This document shows, one piece after another, positions 9,224 through 18,187 of a stretch of 64,000 nucleotides of DNA. The first letter of the stretch is position 1, and every line of letters begins with the position of its first letter. The stretch is from NCBI GenBank assembly GCA_964564695.1, contig CAZMCC010000001.1, positions 2,571 to 66,570 on the forward strand, written 5' to 3'. This DNA is from an uncultured Phycisphaeraceae bacterium. GTDB lineage: Bacteria; Planctomycetota; Phycisphaerae; Phycisphaerales; UBA1924. The position numbers and the translations under genes are program-made. The notes below the pieces were generated by a model. The model saw only the letters and a list, made by a program, of their open reading frames with translations, did not search any database and had not been told where the DNA came from.

Positions 9224-9862
9224 TCAGCTCCCTCGCTCGTCGCGCTCGATGCGCGAGAATCTGGCGTCGAGTTCCCAATCGGCCTCGCCGGGCCCGGCGG
9301 GCTTGTCGGTGGGCCCGGTACGCAGGGCCTTGATCTTGATGCTGGTGGGCATCAAGCCCTGAACCACGCTCCCGTCGCAGGCCCGGGTGAGCCATGCGAC
9401 GAGCGGGGCGATTTCGATGGATCGCAGTGCGCCCGACGCTGGCGGCGCGGCCTTGGGCGTGTACACCTTGCGGGCGATGTTCTTCGTGCCGGCAACCGAC
9501 CCCGAGGTCTGCTCGACACGCATCTCGTTCTCGAGGCCGACTTCCTTGCCGAGCTCCTCGAGCTTGGAGGCGACCCGGGGGTCGGGCTCGAAGACGAGCC
9601 GGGCTTCCTTCTCCTCGATCGCGGTGATGCTGGCGTCGAGGTCCTTGATGGTCCGGGTCTGCTGCTGCTGGAACGCGATGGCGCCGCGGGCCGCCGAGAG
9701 CGTGCGATAGGACAGCAGGGCGTAGATCCCCGCCGCCGCGAGCAGCAGCGCCGCGAACAGGACCAGCGTTCGCGGGCGGTTGCGCCGCTCGGCGCCGGCG
9801 GCGGCGAGCACGAGCGACATGGCCGCGTCGGCGCGCGAACTGGGGGGGAGGGGGCCGGTCAT
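9224..9862 (-). CDS. Bitopic membrane protein, GspM/PilO-like position in the T2SS-like operon
   Basis: Single TM segment (LVLFAALLLAAAGIYALL) followed by a coiled-coil-like stretch. The ATG at 9860-9862 overlaps the upstream stop (ATGA coupling). The assignment rests on position and topology only. Confidence 0.4.
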   Translation of the reverse strand: MTGPLPPSSRADAAMSLVLAAAGAERRNRPRTLVLFAALLLAAAGIYALLSYRTLSAARGAIAFQQQQTRTIKDLDASITAIEEKEARLVFEPDPRVASKLEELGKEVGLENEMRVEQTSGSVAGTKNIARKVYTPKAAPPASGALRSIEIAPLVAWLTRACDGSVVQGLMPTSIKIKALRTGPTDKPAGPGEADWELDARFSRIERDERGS

Positions 9863-11592
9863 TGCGTCGTCCCCCTGCCGGGTCGGCTCGACGAACTCGT
9901 GGGCCATTTGCCGGTGAGCGTCCAGATGCGCATGCCCCCGGTCGCACCGGCGGTGCCGCCGCTCGAGCCCGTCCAGGTGAGCTGTCCCGGCAACGAGTTG
10001 AGGTGGTCGGTGATCTGCGGGCCGGTGGTGGCGTTGGGGACCCGCAGGGTCACGGTGGCGGTGATGTTGGAGAGGTCGATGACCGAGATCTTGGCGCCGG
10101 GAACGGCGCCCAGCGCGGCGAACACCCGCTGCAGCTCCTGCACGAGGGGCACTTCCGCGGGGACACGGTCAGACCGGGTGTGGAGCTCGTTGATGTGTCC
10201 GCGGATGCGCCCGACGGGGTCGGGGTGCGACGCGAGCCCCGGGATCTTGGCCTCGAGCGCCTTGAGTGCCTCCGTGCGGCTTGCGCGGAGCGTGTCGAGC
10301 TCGCCCTGGGATTCGCCCGCGGCGGCACGCATCTTCCAGCCCAGCGCGACGACGACGAGGGCGACCGCCGTGACGGCCCCGGCCATCCAGCGGTAGTACG
10401 AGCGGTGCGTGCGCCCGGGGCGCTGCGAGAGGTCCACCAGCGCGCGCTGCCCGTCGTCGACCGCGGCGGCTTCGTCCTGCCACGGGACGCTCGTGCGGGC
10501 CCGCGCGAGGGTCAGGCCGACGGGGTCGTCGTCGGTGGCCGCGTCGACGAAGGCGCCCGGCCAGCGCTCGCCGATGGTCTGGGCGAAGGCGCGTCCGGCC
10601 CCGCCTGTGCCGCCCGCGGCGGCCGGGCCGACGTAGACGATGCGCTCGGGGTTCACGCCAAGCTGGGCGCTCCAACCGAGCCAGTCGACGCAGAGGCGGG
10701 AGGCCTCGGCGTCGGAGCACTCGACCGCGGCGAGCGGGCTTTCGGCGCCCGGGCCGGCGGGGTCGTCGAGTTCGAGCAGCGACGCGACGGCGCCGCCGAC
10801 CTCGACGCGACGCAGCAGCATCGACCCGCACGCGAGCATGCGCCCGGAGCGAGTCCAGCACCACAGCAGGCGCCCGATCGGGTCGATCAGCACGACGGCG
10901 GTGGTCGAGGTGGACTCGCCGACGAAGCGGCCGGAGGACGGGGACTCAGCGGGCGTCGCGCTCGGGTCCCACGCGCGGGCGGCGGCGTGCCAGAGGCTGG
11001 TCACGCTGTCGACGGCGATCGTCGCCCCGTCGAGAACGTCGAGCACGACGCGAACCGCGGCGTCCGGGACGCTCATGACCGCCAGTCGCTGGCGGATGGG
11101 TTCGGGAGCGGCCGAGGCGGCGCCGCGCGAGAGGAGGCTGCGGCGGGGGGCCGCGGCCTCGGCGCTGGGAGCGGCGGCGGCCTGCACGGAACGCTCGGTC
11201 CCGGCGCCCTCGGCGGCGGCGAACATGACCGCGTCGCCGGAGCCGGTTGTGCCGTCGGAGTCGCCGCGCGAGCCCCCCTGAAGGAGGGCGGCGGCGACGA
11301 CGTTGGCATCGGCACTGGGCGTTCCGAGCCACAGGCAGAACGCCCCGTCGCCGTCGACCACGAGCGTTTCGAGGACGCGGGCGCGCCGGATGCCCAACTG
11401 CTGCACGATCCAGGCGCCCACCGCGCGGGCCCGATCGAGCGCGACGCCCGAGGGATCGCTGTCTGCGGCGGGGCCATCGCCGGACGAGACCGAGGCTCGC
11501 CATTCGGCGTTCCAGCCGTCACCCAGCAGCCGTGCGCGGCTGATCAGCAACCCACCGGCTTCGCGTTCCAGATACCCGACCACGCCGCTCAA
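9859..11592 (-). CDS. GspL/PilM-N-like assembly-platform protein (cytoplasmic domain + TM + periplasmic domain)
   Basis: 577-aa ORF with one central TM segment (WMAGAVTAVALVVVALGW). Its position after the pseudopilin and GspK-like genes and its topology fit GspL. The start codon is uncertain (TTG at 11592). Confidence 0.45.
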   Translation of the reverse strand: MSGVVGYLEREAGGLLISRARLLGDGWNAEWRASVSSGDGPAADSDPSGVALDRARAVGAWIVQQLGIRRARVLETLVVDGDGAFCLWLGTPSADANVVAAALLQGGSRGDSDGTTGSGDAVMFAAAEGAGTERSVQAAAAPSAEAAAPRRSLLSRGAASAAPEPIRQRLAVMSVPDAAVRVVLDVLDGATIAVDSVTSLWHAAARAWDPSATPAESPSSGRFVGESTSTTAVVLIDPIGRLLWCWTRSGRMLACGSMLLRRVEVGGAVASLLELDDPAGPGAESPLAAVECSDAEASRLCVDWLGWSAQLGVNPERIVYVGPAAAGGTGGAGRAFAQTIGERWPGAFVDAATDDDPVGLTLARARTSVPWQDEAAAVDDGQRALVDLSQRPGRTHRSYYRWMAGAVTAVALVVVALGWKMRAAAGESQGELDTLRASRTEALKALEAKIPGLASHPDPVGRIRGHINELHTRSDRVPAEVPLVQELQRVFAALGAVPGAKISVIDLSNITATVTLRVPNATTGPQITDHLNSLPGQLTWTGSSGGTAGATGGMRIWTLTGKWPTSSSSRPGRGTTQ

Positions 11593-12506
11593 ACCTGGTT
11601 CCCCGCTTTCTTCTCTTCAGCCTTGCCCTTGTTGGGCACGGTCGGGCGAGTGGGGGGGGGGCGTGGTGGCGTTGTCACGGGGGTGGAGCCGCGCGGAATC
11701 GTGGGCTTGACGATGGCCGGGTTCGGTGTCGTCGGCCGGGTGGGGCTGTTGCGCGGCGGGTTGGCGATCGGGGGTTCGTCGATCGCGCCGCCGTTGCGAT
11801 CGATATCGACGAGGCGTTTGACTTCGGCCATCCGCTTCATGTCGACGTCGGTGGCGTTGGCGTCGTTCTCGCGGGGGTCGGCGTGTTCGGGGTTGGCGGC
11901 GCCCCGGCCGTTTGCGCCGAGGCGCTTGGCGTGGCCGGACTTGGGGGAGGGGGCGTCCATCGACCAGTCGAGGACGCGTTCGGCCATGGAGATGACGTGC
12001 TCCACCCCGTGAGCGTCGTCGAGGACGATGCGATCGGGGGCGACTTCGCGGACGGTCTTGCCGTCAACGGTTTCGCCGACGGCGATGATGTGCTGCTGGC
12101 CGTCGAGGGCGACCATGGCGAGGGTGCGCCGGGGGCCGACGATGGGGCCGAGGTATCGGAGTTCCGGGCCGCCGGTGCTCGTGGCGGGGTCCGGTTCGGC
12201 CTCGGCCTCGTCGCCGACGATTTGGCTGGTGTCGCCCTTGGGCGGCTCGTCTTCCGGGAGGGCCGGGGGTCGGGCCTCGGGGCCGGCCTCGGCGAGCACC
12301 CGTCCCCATAGCTCGGTATCGATGGGGGTGGGGACGCTGGTGGGGGGCTGCACACCGGGGGTGGGGGCGACCGGTTCGCCGGCGGGAGCCACGCTGAGCT
12401 TGGGGAACGGGACAAGGAGGACGGCGGCGCCGGCGACGGCCAGCCCGGCCGCGGCGATCCGCGCACGTCCAGCCGCCTTGCGAGCCTGATCTCTGTGCAT
12501 GCCCAT
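11589..12506 (-). CDS. GspC/PilP-like protein
   Basis: N-terminal TM anchor (IAAAGLAVAGAAVLLVPF), a Pro-rich linker, then LRYLGPIVGPRRTLAMVALDGQQHIIAVGETVDGKTVREVAPDRIVLDD, which resembles the GspC HR / PilP beta-domain. ATG at 12504-12506. Confidence 0.4.
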   Translation of the reverse strand: MGMHRDQARKAAGRARIAAAGLAVAGAAVLLVPFPKLSVAPAGEPVAPTPGVQPPTSVPTPIDTELWGRVLAEAGPEARPPALPEDEPPKGDTSQIVGDEAEAEPDPATSTGGPELRYLGPIVGPRRTLAMVALDGQQHIIAVGETVDGKTVREVAPDRIVLDDAHGVEHVISMAERVLDWSMDAPSPKSGHAKRLGANGRGAANPEHADPRENDANATDVDMKRMAEVKRLVDIDRNGGAIDEPPIANPPRNSPTRPTTPNPAIVKPTIPRGSTPVTTPPRPPPTRPTVPNKGKAEEKKAGNQV

Positions 12507-12604
12507 GCGTCGGTCTCCGGTGGCGCGACTTTGCGCGCCGCAGGCCAAGGGTACGCCGGCGTCAGCGGGTCATTCGCCGCCGCTCGGCGTGGCGCTCGCT
12601 GGTT

Positions 12605-13507
12605 TCAGGGGCCCACGTCAACGGGGATGCGTTCCCATTCGAGGAGCGAGGTCGTTCCGCCCCCGGCGAGTCCGGCCCCACGGGGCGCCTGCTCGAGGAG
12701 GCCGGTCCAGCGCCCCTCGTCGGACTCGGCAACGACCCGCCAGAGTGTGGGGGAGGTGGTGAGAAGCTGGGCGATGACGGCGCGGGCCCGCGGCTGGACC
12801 GAGGCCTGGTCGCAGATCCTGGTGAGGTCGGTAGGGCTGAGCTGCCCGTCTTCGCGCTCAGTGATGATGTCTCCCGCAACCATGGTGCTGGCCTCACCGC
12901 CGCCGGCCGCCGCGACGATCGTCACGAGCACATCGAAGTCGGCGGTCAGGGCGCTGACGGCGAGCGGCCCGGCGTCTCTCAGCTTCGGCCGTTCGTACTC
13001 GGGGAGATCGTTTTTATCGTCGCGGGAGGGGCGGTCGACGTGCGCCGGCCGGCGCGGGTCATTGTCGATGGGCTCACCCAGCGACTGCGCGATGGCCTGG
13101 GCGGCCATGCGGGCGGCTTCGAAGGCGGACCCGGATCCGGTGGGGCGGCGGAGGAGCGAGCCCTGGCCGTCCTCCATCCAGACGCGCACCCCGCGCCCGT
13201 TGGGGAGCAGGAGCTCGAAGGCGAGCCCGCCGTCGAGGAGGCGCTCGCCGACGTTGCCGCCGGTGGTGAGGAGCCACTGGTCGATCATTTCCTTGATGCC
13301 CAGGCGGGCGTGGTGCTCGTGGTAGCCGTCGATGCGGCGCTCGACGGCGAGGTGGGCGTTGGCGTGGCGCTCGAGCATGACCAGGGAGGCGATGGTCGCG
13401 ACCATCGCCAGGAGCACGACGATGGGGAGGGCGAACCCCCCCCGGCGGCGAGCGCCGGCGGCGCGTGGGGCGAGCCGTGCGAGCGTGCGTGGGTGTCGGA
13501 GGCTCAT
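12605..13507 (-). CDS. GspK-like minor pseudopilin
   Basis: Internal ATG at 13505-13507 (ATGA overlap with the upstream stop). The N-terminus RRRGGFALPIVVLLAMVATIASLVMLE is a GspK-type hydrophobic segment. The ORF part upstream of this ATG is Arg/Pro-rich and looks non-coding. Confidence 0.55.
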   Translation of the reverse strand: MSLRHPRTLARLAPRAAGARRRGGFALPIVVLLAMVATIASLVMLERHANAHLAVERRIDGYHEHHARLGIKEMIDQWLLTTGGNVGERLLDGGLAFELLLPNGRGVRVWMEDGQGSLLRRPTGSGSAFEAARMAAQAIAQSLGEPIDNDPRRPAHVDRPSRDDKNDLPEYERPKLRDAGPLAVSALTADFDVLVTIVAAAGGGEASTMVAGDIITEREDGQLSPTDLTRICDQASVQPRARAVIAQLLTTSPTLWRVVAESDEGRWTGLLEQAPRGAGLAGGGTTSLLEWERIPVDVGP

Positions 13508-14907
13508 TGGGGGGGGGGGCGGGGCCTCTCGGGGGGCTTGTTCGGCATGCTGCCTTGATTGACGTTTGAGGGCATGCCCGAACGGGGGCGTCCGTTGCTG
13601 CGCCGGCGGCCGTCGTCGGGGGTGCTGTTGCTGTCGCGCCCGGTCTCGCCGGTTGGTGTGCGGGAGCGGTCGGTGACCGATCCGCCGGCGCCGAGGCCGG
13701 CGCCGAGGTTGGCGGCGACCGCGGGCTGGCCGGTGACCGAAGCGATGGAGCCGGGTTCGCCGGAGAGGCCCCAGCCGATCTCGAAGGTCCACTCGTGGCG
13801 GATGCCGCTGTTGGTGTGGATCTCGAGCTCGATATAGCCGGGGAGGTCGTCGGACCACACGGCGGAGTGCTCGCGGAGCCGCTCGGCGTCGTTGCCCTGG
13901 TTGGCGCCGCTCTTCTTGGTGTAGAGCGCGCGCCAGGTGGCGGAGGCGATGTTGCCCATGAGGCGGGTCTGGCCGACGCGCTGGCCGGAGGTGGGTTCGA
14001 GATCAAAGGGCGCGTCGACGACGGGGTAGATCTGGCGCCACCAGAGCACCCAGCCGGGGTGCTGCTCGCGCCCGCCGGCTTCGACGCCGGGGTCGAACTT
14101 GAACTCGAAGGCGCCGCGCACGCCCTGGACGAGCTCGGTGGTGACGCGGTCGTCGCTTTCACTCCGGGGCGAGGAGCCGTCCCTCGGCTCCCCGTTGGAG
14201 CGGTCAAGGTCGGCGTTGTCGGGGCCGCCGGCGGGGCCGCGCCGGGCGGAGAGGGAACGCCGGCGGTTGCGGTTGGAACGCAAGTCGTCGCCGGTGTCCG
14301 CTGCGCCGACGGCGGGGCGGGTGTCGTCGCCCGGGTTGGCGGGGTCGCGGGCGGCGGGGCCGTCGGTGGCGGGGTCGTCGGTGGTGGTGACGGCCACGTC
14401 GGCGCGGTCGCCATCGACGGGGTATCCGAAGTCGGCGAGTTCCTCGACGCTCATGCCACGCTCGACGCCGAAGACAAACAACGGGCGGGTTCGCAGCGCG
14501 ACCTCAAGCCGCTGGGGGTGCATGAGTCCGGCGTTGTTCGACTCGGTGTCGGGCATCACCGGGGGGAGCGCGTCGTCGAGCTCCAGGAGGAGGCGGGGGC
14601 GCTCGGGTTCGCGGTCGTCGTCGGTCGGGGGCTCGGGGCGTTCTTCGCTGCGATCGCGCCCCATGCGGTTGCCCTCGGCGTTGCGTGGCGGGGGCGTGCT
14701 GTTCGACATCGCGAGCCCGCCCACGGCCTTGGTGATGGCCTCGTGCGCGAGCGCCTCGGAGAGCGAGTCGTCGAAGGCCTCCTGGCCGACCCTGTCGGCG
14801 GTCTCGAGCGACGAGAACACCGACACGGCAACGAGCACGACCATCGACCCCAGCACGGCGGCGAGGGCGACTTCGATCAGCGTGAATCCGCGGCGTCCGG
14901 CGCTCAT
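13504..14907 (-). CDS. Unusually large pseudopilin (prepilin-type N-terminal methylation motif), GspJ position
   Basis: The N-terminus MSAGRRGFTLIEVALAAVLGSMVVLVAV carries the G-F-T-L-I-E prepilin motif. It is 467 aa with long Arg/Asp/Pro-rich low-complexity inserts. The start overlaps the upstream stop (ATGA). Confidence 0.65.
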   Translation of the reverse strand: MSAGRRGFTLIEVALAAVLGSMVVLVAVSVFSSLETADRVGQEAFDDSLSEALAHEAITKAVGGLAMSNSTPPPRNAEGNRMGRDRSEERPEPPTDDDREPERPRLLLELDDALPPVMPDTESNNAGLMHPQRLEVALRTRPLFVFGVERGMSVEELADFGYPVDGDRADVAVTTTDDPATDGPAARDPANPGDDTRPAVGAADTGDDLRSNRNRRRSLSARRGPAGGPDNADLDRSNGEPRDGSSPRSESDDRVTTELVQGVRGAFEFKFDPGVEAGGREQHPGWVLWWRQIYPVVDAPFDLEPTSGQRVGQTRLMGNIASATWRALYTKKSGANQGNDAERLREHSAVWSDDLPGYIELEIHTNSGIRHEWTFEIGWGLSGEPGSIASVTGQPAVAANLGAGLGAGGSVTDRSRTPTGETGRDSNSTPDDGRRRSNGRPRSGMPSNVNQGSMPNKPPERPRPPPQ

Positions 14908-15572
14908 CGGCTGCTCCCTGAGGCTGAGGATTGGCTCCCGCTTCCGCTCGAGCGCGAGCGACGACTGGGGCGGGGCAGCGCCTGGGCGGGGGTCGAGCCG
15001 CCGGTCATGCCGCCCGTGAAGGACTGGAGGAGGTCACGCAGGCCCTCGGAGCTGCTCAGGCCGCGGCGCATCGAGTCGGGGTTGCGGGTGATGGCGATGG
15101 GGTCCATCATTCGGGACATGACGGCGAGCTCGGCGCCCTGGGCGAGGGGCCCGCCGCCGGTGTCGACGGTGTCGTAGACGCGGACGGTGACGAGGCGGAA
15201 GCGGTCGGTGCGGAGGTCGGCGCCGCCGCCGCGGGACTCGCGGGGCTTGGTGCGCATCTCCATGTTCGTCTCATCGAGCTTGTAGCGGAAGGTGAACTGG
15301 CCGCCCGCGTAGTCGATGGGGGTGGTCGTGGGCGGCATCTTCTTTTTTTCGTCGAGGTACTGCAGCAGGAGCTTGTGCGCGATCTCGTTGGCGCCGACGA
15401 TCCTGCGGTCCTCGTAGGAGAGCCGCATGATGAGCGAGATGGAGCTCATGGCGGCGACGGTGACGATCGCGAGCAGGGCGACGGCGAGCACGACTTCGAG
15501 CAGCGTCATCCCGGCACGCCGGGTCGGGCCACGGGCGATCCTCACCCGACGTGTCGACCTGAGATGGTGCAT
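14904..15572 (-). CDS. Minor pseudopilin (GspH/I-like)
   Basis: RRAGMTLLEVVLAVALLAIVTVAAMSSI is a prepilin-type N-terminal motif. I chose the ATG at 15570-15572. Confidence 0.6.
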   Translation of the reverse strand: MHHLRSTRRVRIARGPTRRAGMTLLEVVLAVALLAIVTVAAMSSISLIMRLSYEDRRIVGANEIAHKLLLQYLDEKKKMPPTTTPIDYAGGQFTFRYKLDETNMEMRTKPRESRGGGADLRTDRFRLVTVRVYDTVDTGGGPLAQGAELAVMSRMMDPIAITRNPDSMRRGLSSSEGLRDLLQSFTGGMTGGSTPAQALPRPSRRSRSSGSGSQSSASGSSR

Positions 15573-15607
15573 CCGGTCCTCACTGGCGTGGAGTGCGACG
15601 GGCTCGC

Positions 15608-16033
15608 TCAGCCGCCGCTGGGCGCACGGGCGTCGCGGATGTTCCACACGTTCACATCGTCGGCGGTGCCGGCCTGGTTGTCGGCGCCGAGGCTGTACAG
15701 GGTGTAGGGCTTGCCCTGCTCCTGGGCGGGTGTGTAGTAGACGAGCGGGCGTCCCCAGCCGTCGGTCGGAACGGCGTTGATGAGCGGGGGCGTGGAAGTG
15801 ACGAGAGCGTCAAGGGCGGCGGGGTAGGTGCTCGTGCGGGCGTAGAAGGTGCCCAGGGCGGCCTCGAGCTGCGAGAGCTTCACGACGGTGGCGCCGCGTT
15901 TGGCTTCGTCGCTCGAACCACCGATGCTGAAGATCACCACGGTGGCCAGTACGCCGATGATCACGACGACGAGCATCATTTCCAGCAGGGTGAAACCCGA
16001 TGCCCGACGGATGACTTGGTTGGTGCGGCGCAT
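15608..16033 (-). CDS. gspG: Type II secretion major pseudopilin GspG
   Basis: RRASGFTLLEMMLVVVIIGVLATVVI, then KLSQLEAALGTFY...DGWGRPLVYYTP...YTLYSLGADNQAGTADD (GspG signature). ATG at 16031-16033. Confidence 0.85.
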   Translation of the reverse strand: MRRTNQVIRRASGFTLLEMMLVVVIIGVLATVVIFSIGGSSDEAKRGATVVKLSQLEAALGTFYARTSTYPAALDALVTSTPPLINAVPTDGWGRPLVYYTPAQEQGKPYTLYSLGADNQAGTADDVNVWNIRDARAPSGG

Positions 16034-16294
16034 GGGTGTGATACTCCGTGTCTTGAACGAGTGAACAGGCGAATCGCCAAGCGGTGGATCCGCCGGTACT
16101 TTCTGCCGACCCCCGCGGAGAGGTGTTCGCCGCATTGGGGGCCGCGCTCGGCACCACTTTACGCTGCCGCGTGCGGGCCCGCGCGGCAACCTTACGGGTC
16201 ATGATCCGGGGGTGAACGGGGAGAAGGCGGGGGTTTGGCGCGGGTCCGTTTGCGATTTCGGCGGTGATAACGCACGCGGGGCCGCGAGCCGGGA

Positions 16295-17560
16295 TCAGGC
16301 CCCGATTCCCTTGCTCGCCGAGAGGATGGGCAGCAGGATCGAGATCACGAGCGACCCGATGATCGCGAACATGAGCACGATGAGGGCCGGCTCGAGGGCC
16401 GCGAGCAGACGCGACGACGTGCGGTCGACTTCCTCGGCCATGTCGGCCGCGAGGGTGGTGAAGGCGGACTCCATGTCGCCCGCCCGATCGGCGGCGACGA
16501 GCAGGCGGCGCGTGGCGAGCGGGAGCGAGCCCACATCCTCGACGAGCGTGCGGAGGAGCCCGCCGGCGACCAGGCGCTCGCGGAGGCGATCGAGCTGAGC
16601 CCGGAGCTTGGGGTGTGTCACCGCCTGGTTCGAGACGCTCAGGGCCTCGGCCAGGGGCACGCCCGACCGGGTCATCGCGGCCATCACGCTGAAAAATCGG
16701 GTGGATTCCTGCGCAAGCACGAGGCTGCGCAGGCCCGGGAGGCGTCGCATGAGCACGGTCACTGCCGCGATGACGATCTTGTGCAGCAGCAGGGCGACCA
16801 CGAGCACGCCCGCGGCCACGATGCCCATGAGCGTCGCGTTGTCGCGCAGCCACACGCCCGAGCCGATGACGAGCCGGCTGATCATCGGCATCTTCACCTT
16901 CGACGCCATCAGGGCCTCGCCGATCCGCGGGACGACGAACATGAGCATGAAGATCGAGACGAGCACGCTCAGGCTCAGCACGATCAGGGGGTAGATCATG
17001 AGCGTCAGGGCCTTGCCGCGGACCGTCAGCTGGCGACGCGCGGATTCGCTCAGGCGCTTGGCGGCGCCCGAGAGGTCGCCGGTGCGCTCGGCGGCGCGGT
17101 ACACGGCGATGGTGACCTCGTCGAATCCGCCGACGGCGCGGCAGGCGTCGGCGAAGCTCGTGCCGCCCGCCACCATCTCGCGGATGCGGTCGATGCGGGT
17201 GCGTCCGCCGGGGCGGACGGTCGCCGCGACGACTTCGAGGGCTTCGACGAGGGGCACGCCGCGGGAGATGAGCTGGGAAAGCTGCTCGTTAAGGGTGGCC
17301 TGGTCGGTGAGGGTGAGCGTGTAGGCGGGGGCCGCCCAGCCGGGCATGCGGTAGAACTTGAGCAGGAGCAGGCGGTCCTTGCGGAGCATCTCGGCGAGGG
17401 CGCCGGGGCTGCGGGCCTGGCGCAGGCCGAACTTCTTCCCCCCCCCGGGGCCGACGGCCACGTAGAAGAAGGATGAGGGGCCGGCCCGGACGGCCGCGCC
17501 GGGGGCGAGGCCGCCCTGCCCTGGCGTTCTGCTCGTGGACATGAGGCTTGCTCGGGACAT
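16295..17560 (-). CDS. gspF: Type II secretion system protein F (GspF/PilC family)
   Basis: Two GspF-type repeats (LSQLISRGVPLVEALEVV... and FFSVMAAMTRSGVPLAEALSV...) and 3 TM segments. The start is ambiguous (17542, 17560 or 17593). Confidence 0.85.
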   Translation of the reverse strand: MSRASLMSTSRTPGQGGLAPGAAVRAGPSSFFYVAVGPGGGKKFGLRQARSPGALAEMLRKDRLLLLKFYRMPGWAAPAYTLTLTDQATLNEQLSQLISRGVPLVEALEVVAATVRPGGRTRIDRIREMVAGGTSFADACRAVGGFDEVTIAVYRAAERTGDLSGAAKRLSESARRQLTVRGKALTLMIYPLIVLSLSVLVSIFMLMFVVPRIGEALMASKVKMPMISRLVIGSGVWLRDNATLMGIVAAGVLVVALLLHKIVIAAVTVLMRRLPGLRSLVLAQESTRFFSVMAAMTRSGVPLAEALSVSNQAVTHPKLRAQLDRLRERLVAGGLLRTLVEDVGSLPLATRRLLVAADRAGDMESAFTTLAADMAEEVDRTSSRLLAALEPALIVLMFAIIGSLVISILLPILSASKGIGA

Positions 17561-17577
17561 CCGACTAGCGTACTCCC

Positions 17578-18045
17578 ATGGCCAAACGCTCACCGACGCG
17601 CTCCCGCAAGCGGACCGCCCGCTCGAAGGGCAAGATCACCGGCAGCACCTTCGAACTCGCCTGCGGCGGGATCGTTCGTCGGCGCGGCCCCGGCGGGCGC
17701 GACGAGGTTCTGCTGGTCCACCGCGAGAGCTACGACGACTGGTCGTTGCCCAAGGGCAAGTTCGAGCCCCGCGAGGACGCGACGGTGATCGAGTGCGCCA
17801 TCCGGGAGGTTCTTGAAGAAACCGGGGTCCGCGCTCGGGTGTCGGGGTTCGCCGGGCAGACCATGTACATGAAGAACGGGCGTCCCAAGCTGGTGCTGTT
17901 CTGGGACATGGCGTTCAAGCGGGCCGCGAAATTCACGCCCAACGACGAGATCGCCGGGATTGCCTGGCTTGCCACGAAGGCGGCCCTGAAGCGGCTGACG
18001 CACGAGGACGAACGGAATGTGCTGGCGGCGGCTGTGGGGAAGTAG
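17578..18045 (+). CDS. NUDIX hydrolase
   Basis: Nudix box GKFEPREDATVIECAIREVLEETGV (G-x5-E-x7-REUxEExGU). Confidence 0.8.
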   Translation: MAKRSPTRSRKRTARSKGKITGSTFELACGGIVRRRGPGGRDEVLLVHRESYDDWSLPKGKFEPREDATVIECAIREVLEETGVRARVSGFAGQTMYMKNGRPKLVLFWDMAFKRAAKFTPNDEIAGIAWLATKAALKRLTHEDERNVLAAAVGK

Positions 18046-18187
18046 TGCCGGCCGACCGGTCTTGCGATCTTCATATGCTCAAGGGCGTTACCCGGTCCGA
18101 ACGGGCGGCACGCCTTAACCATGTTGACGCACGGCGTGTGGTTACTCCGGTGCCCCGGTGGTAGTGTCCGAGGCGGAGAACTCCGCC

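Noticed and set aside
12605-13858. N-terminal extensions of listed ORFs (also 53100..54752, 54928..56343, 46499..50338, 22977..24122, 37179..38498, 38986..40449, 27727..28566, 28687..30327)
   Set aside because: The upstream parts overlap the preceding gene or look non-coding (Arg/Pro-rich). Internal starts give signal peptides, prepilin motifs, RBS spacing or ATGA/GTGA coupling, so I used those.
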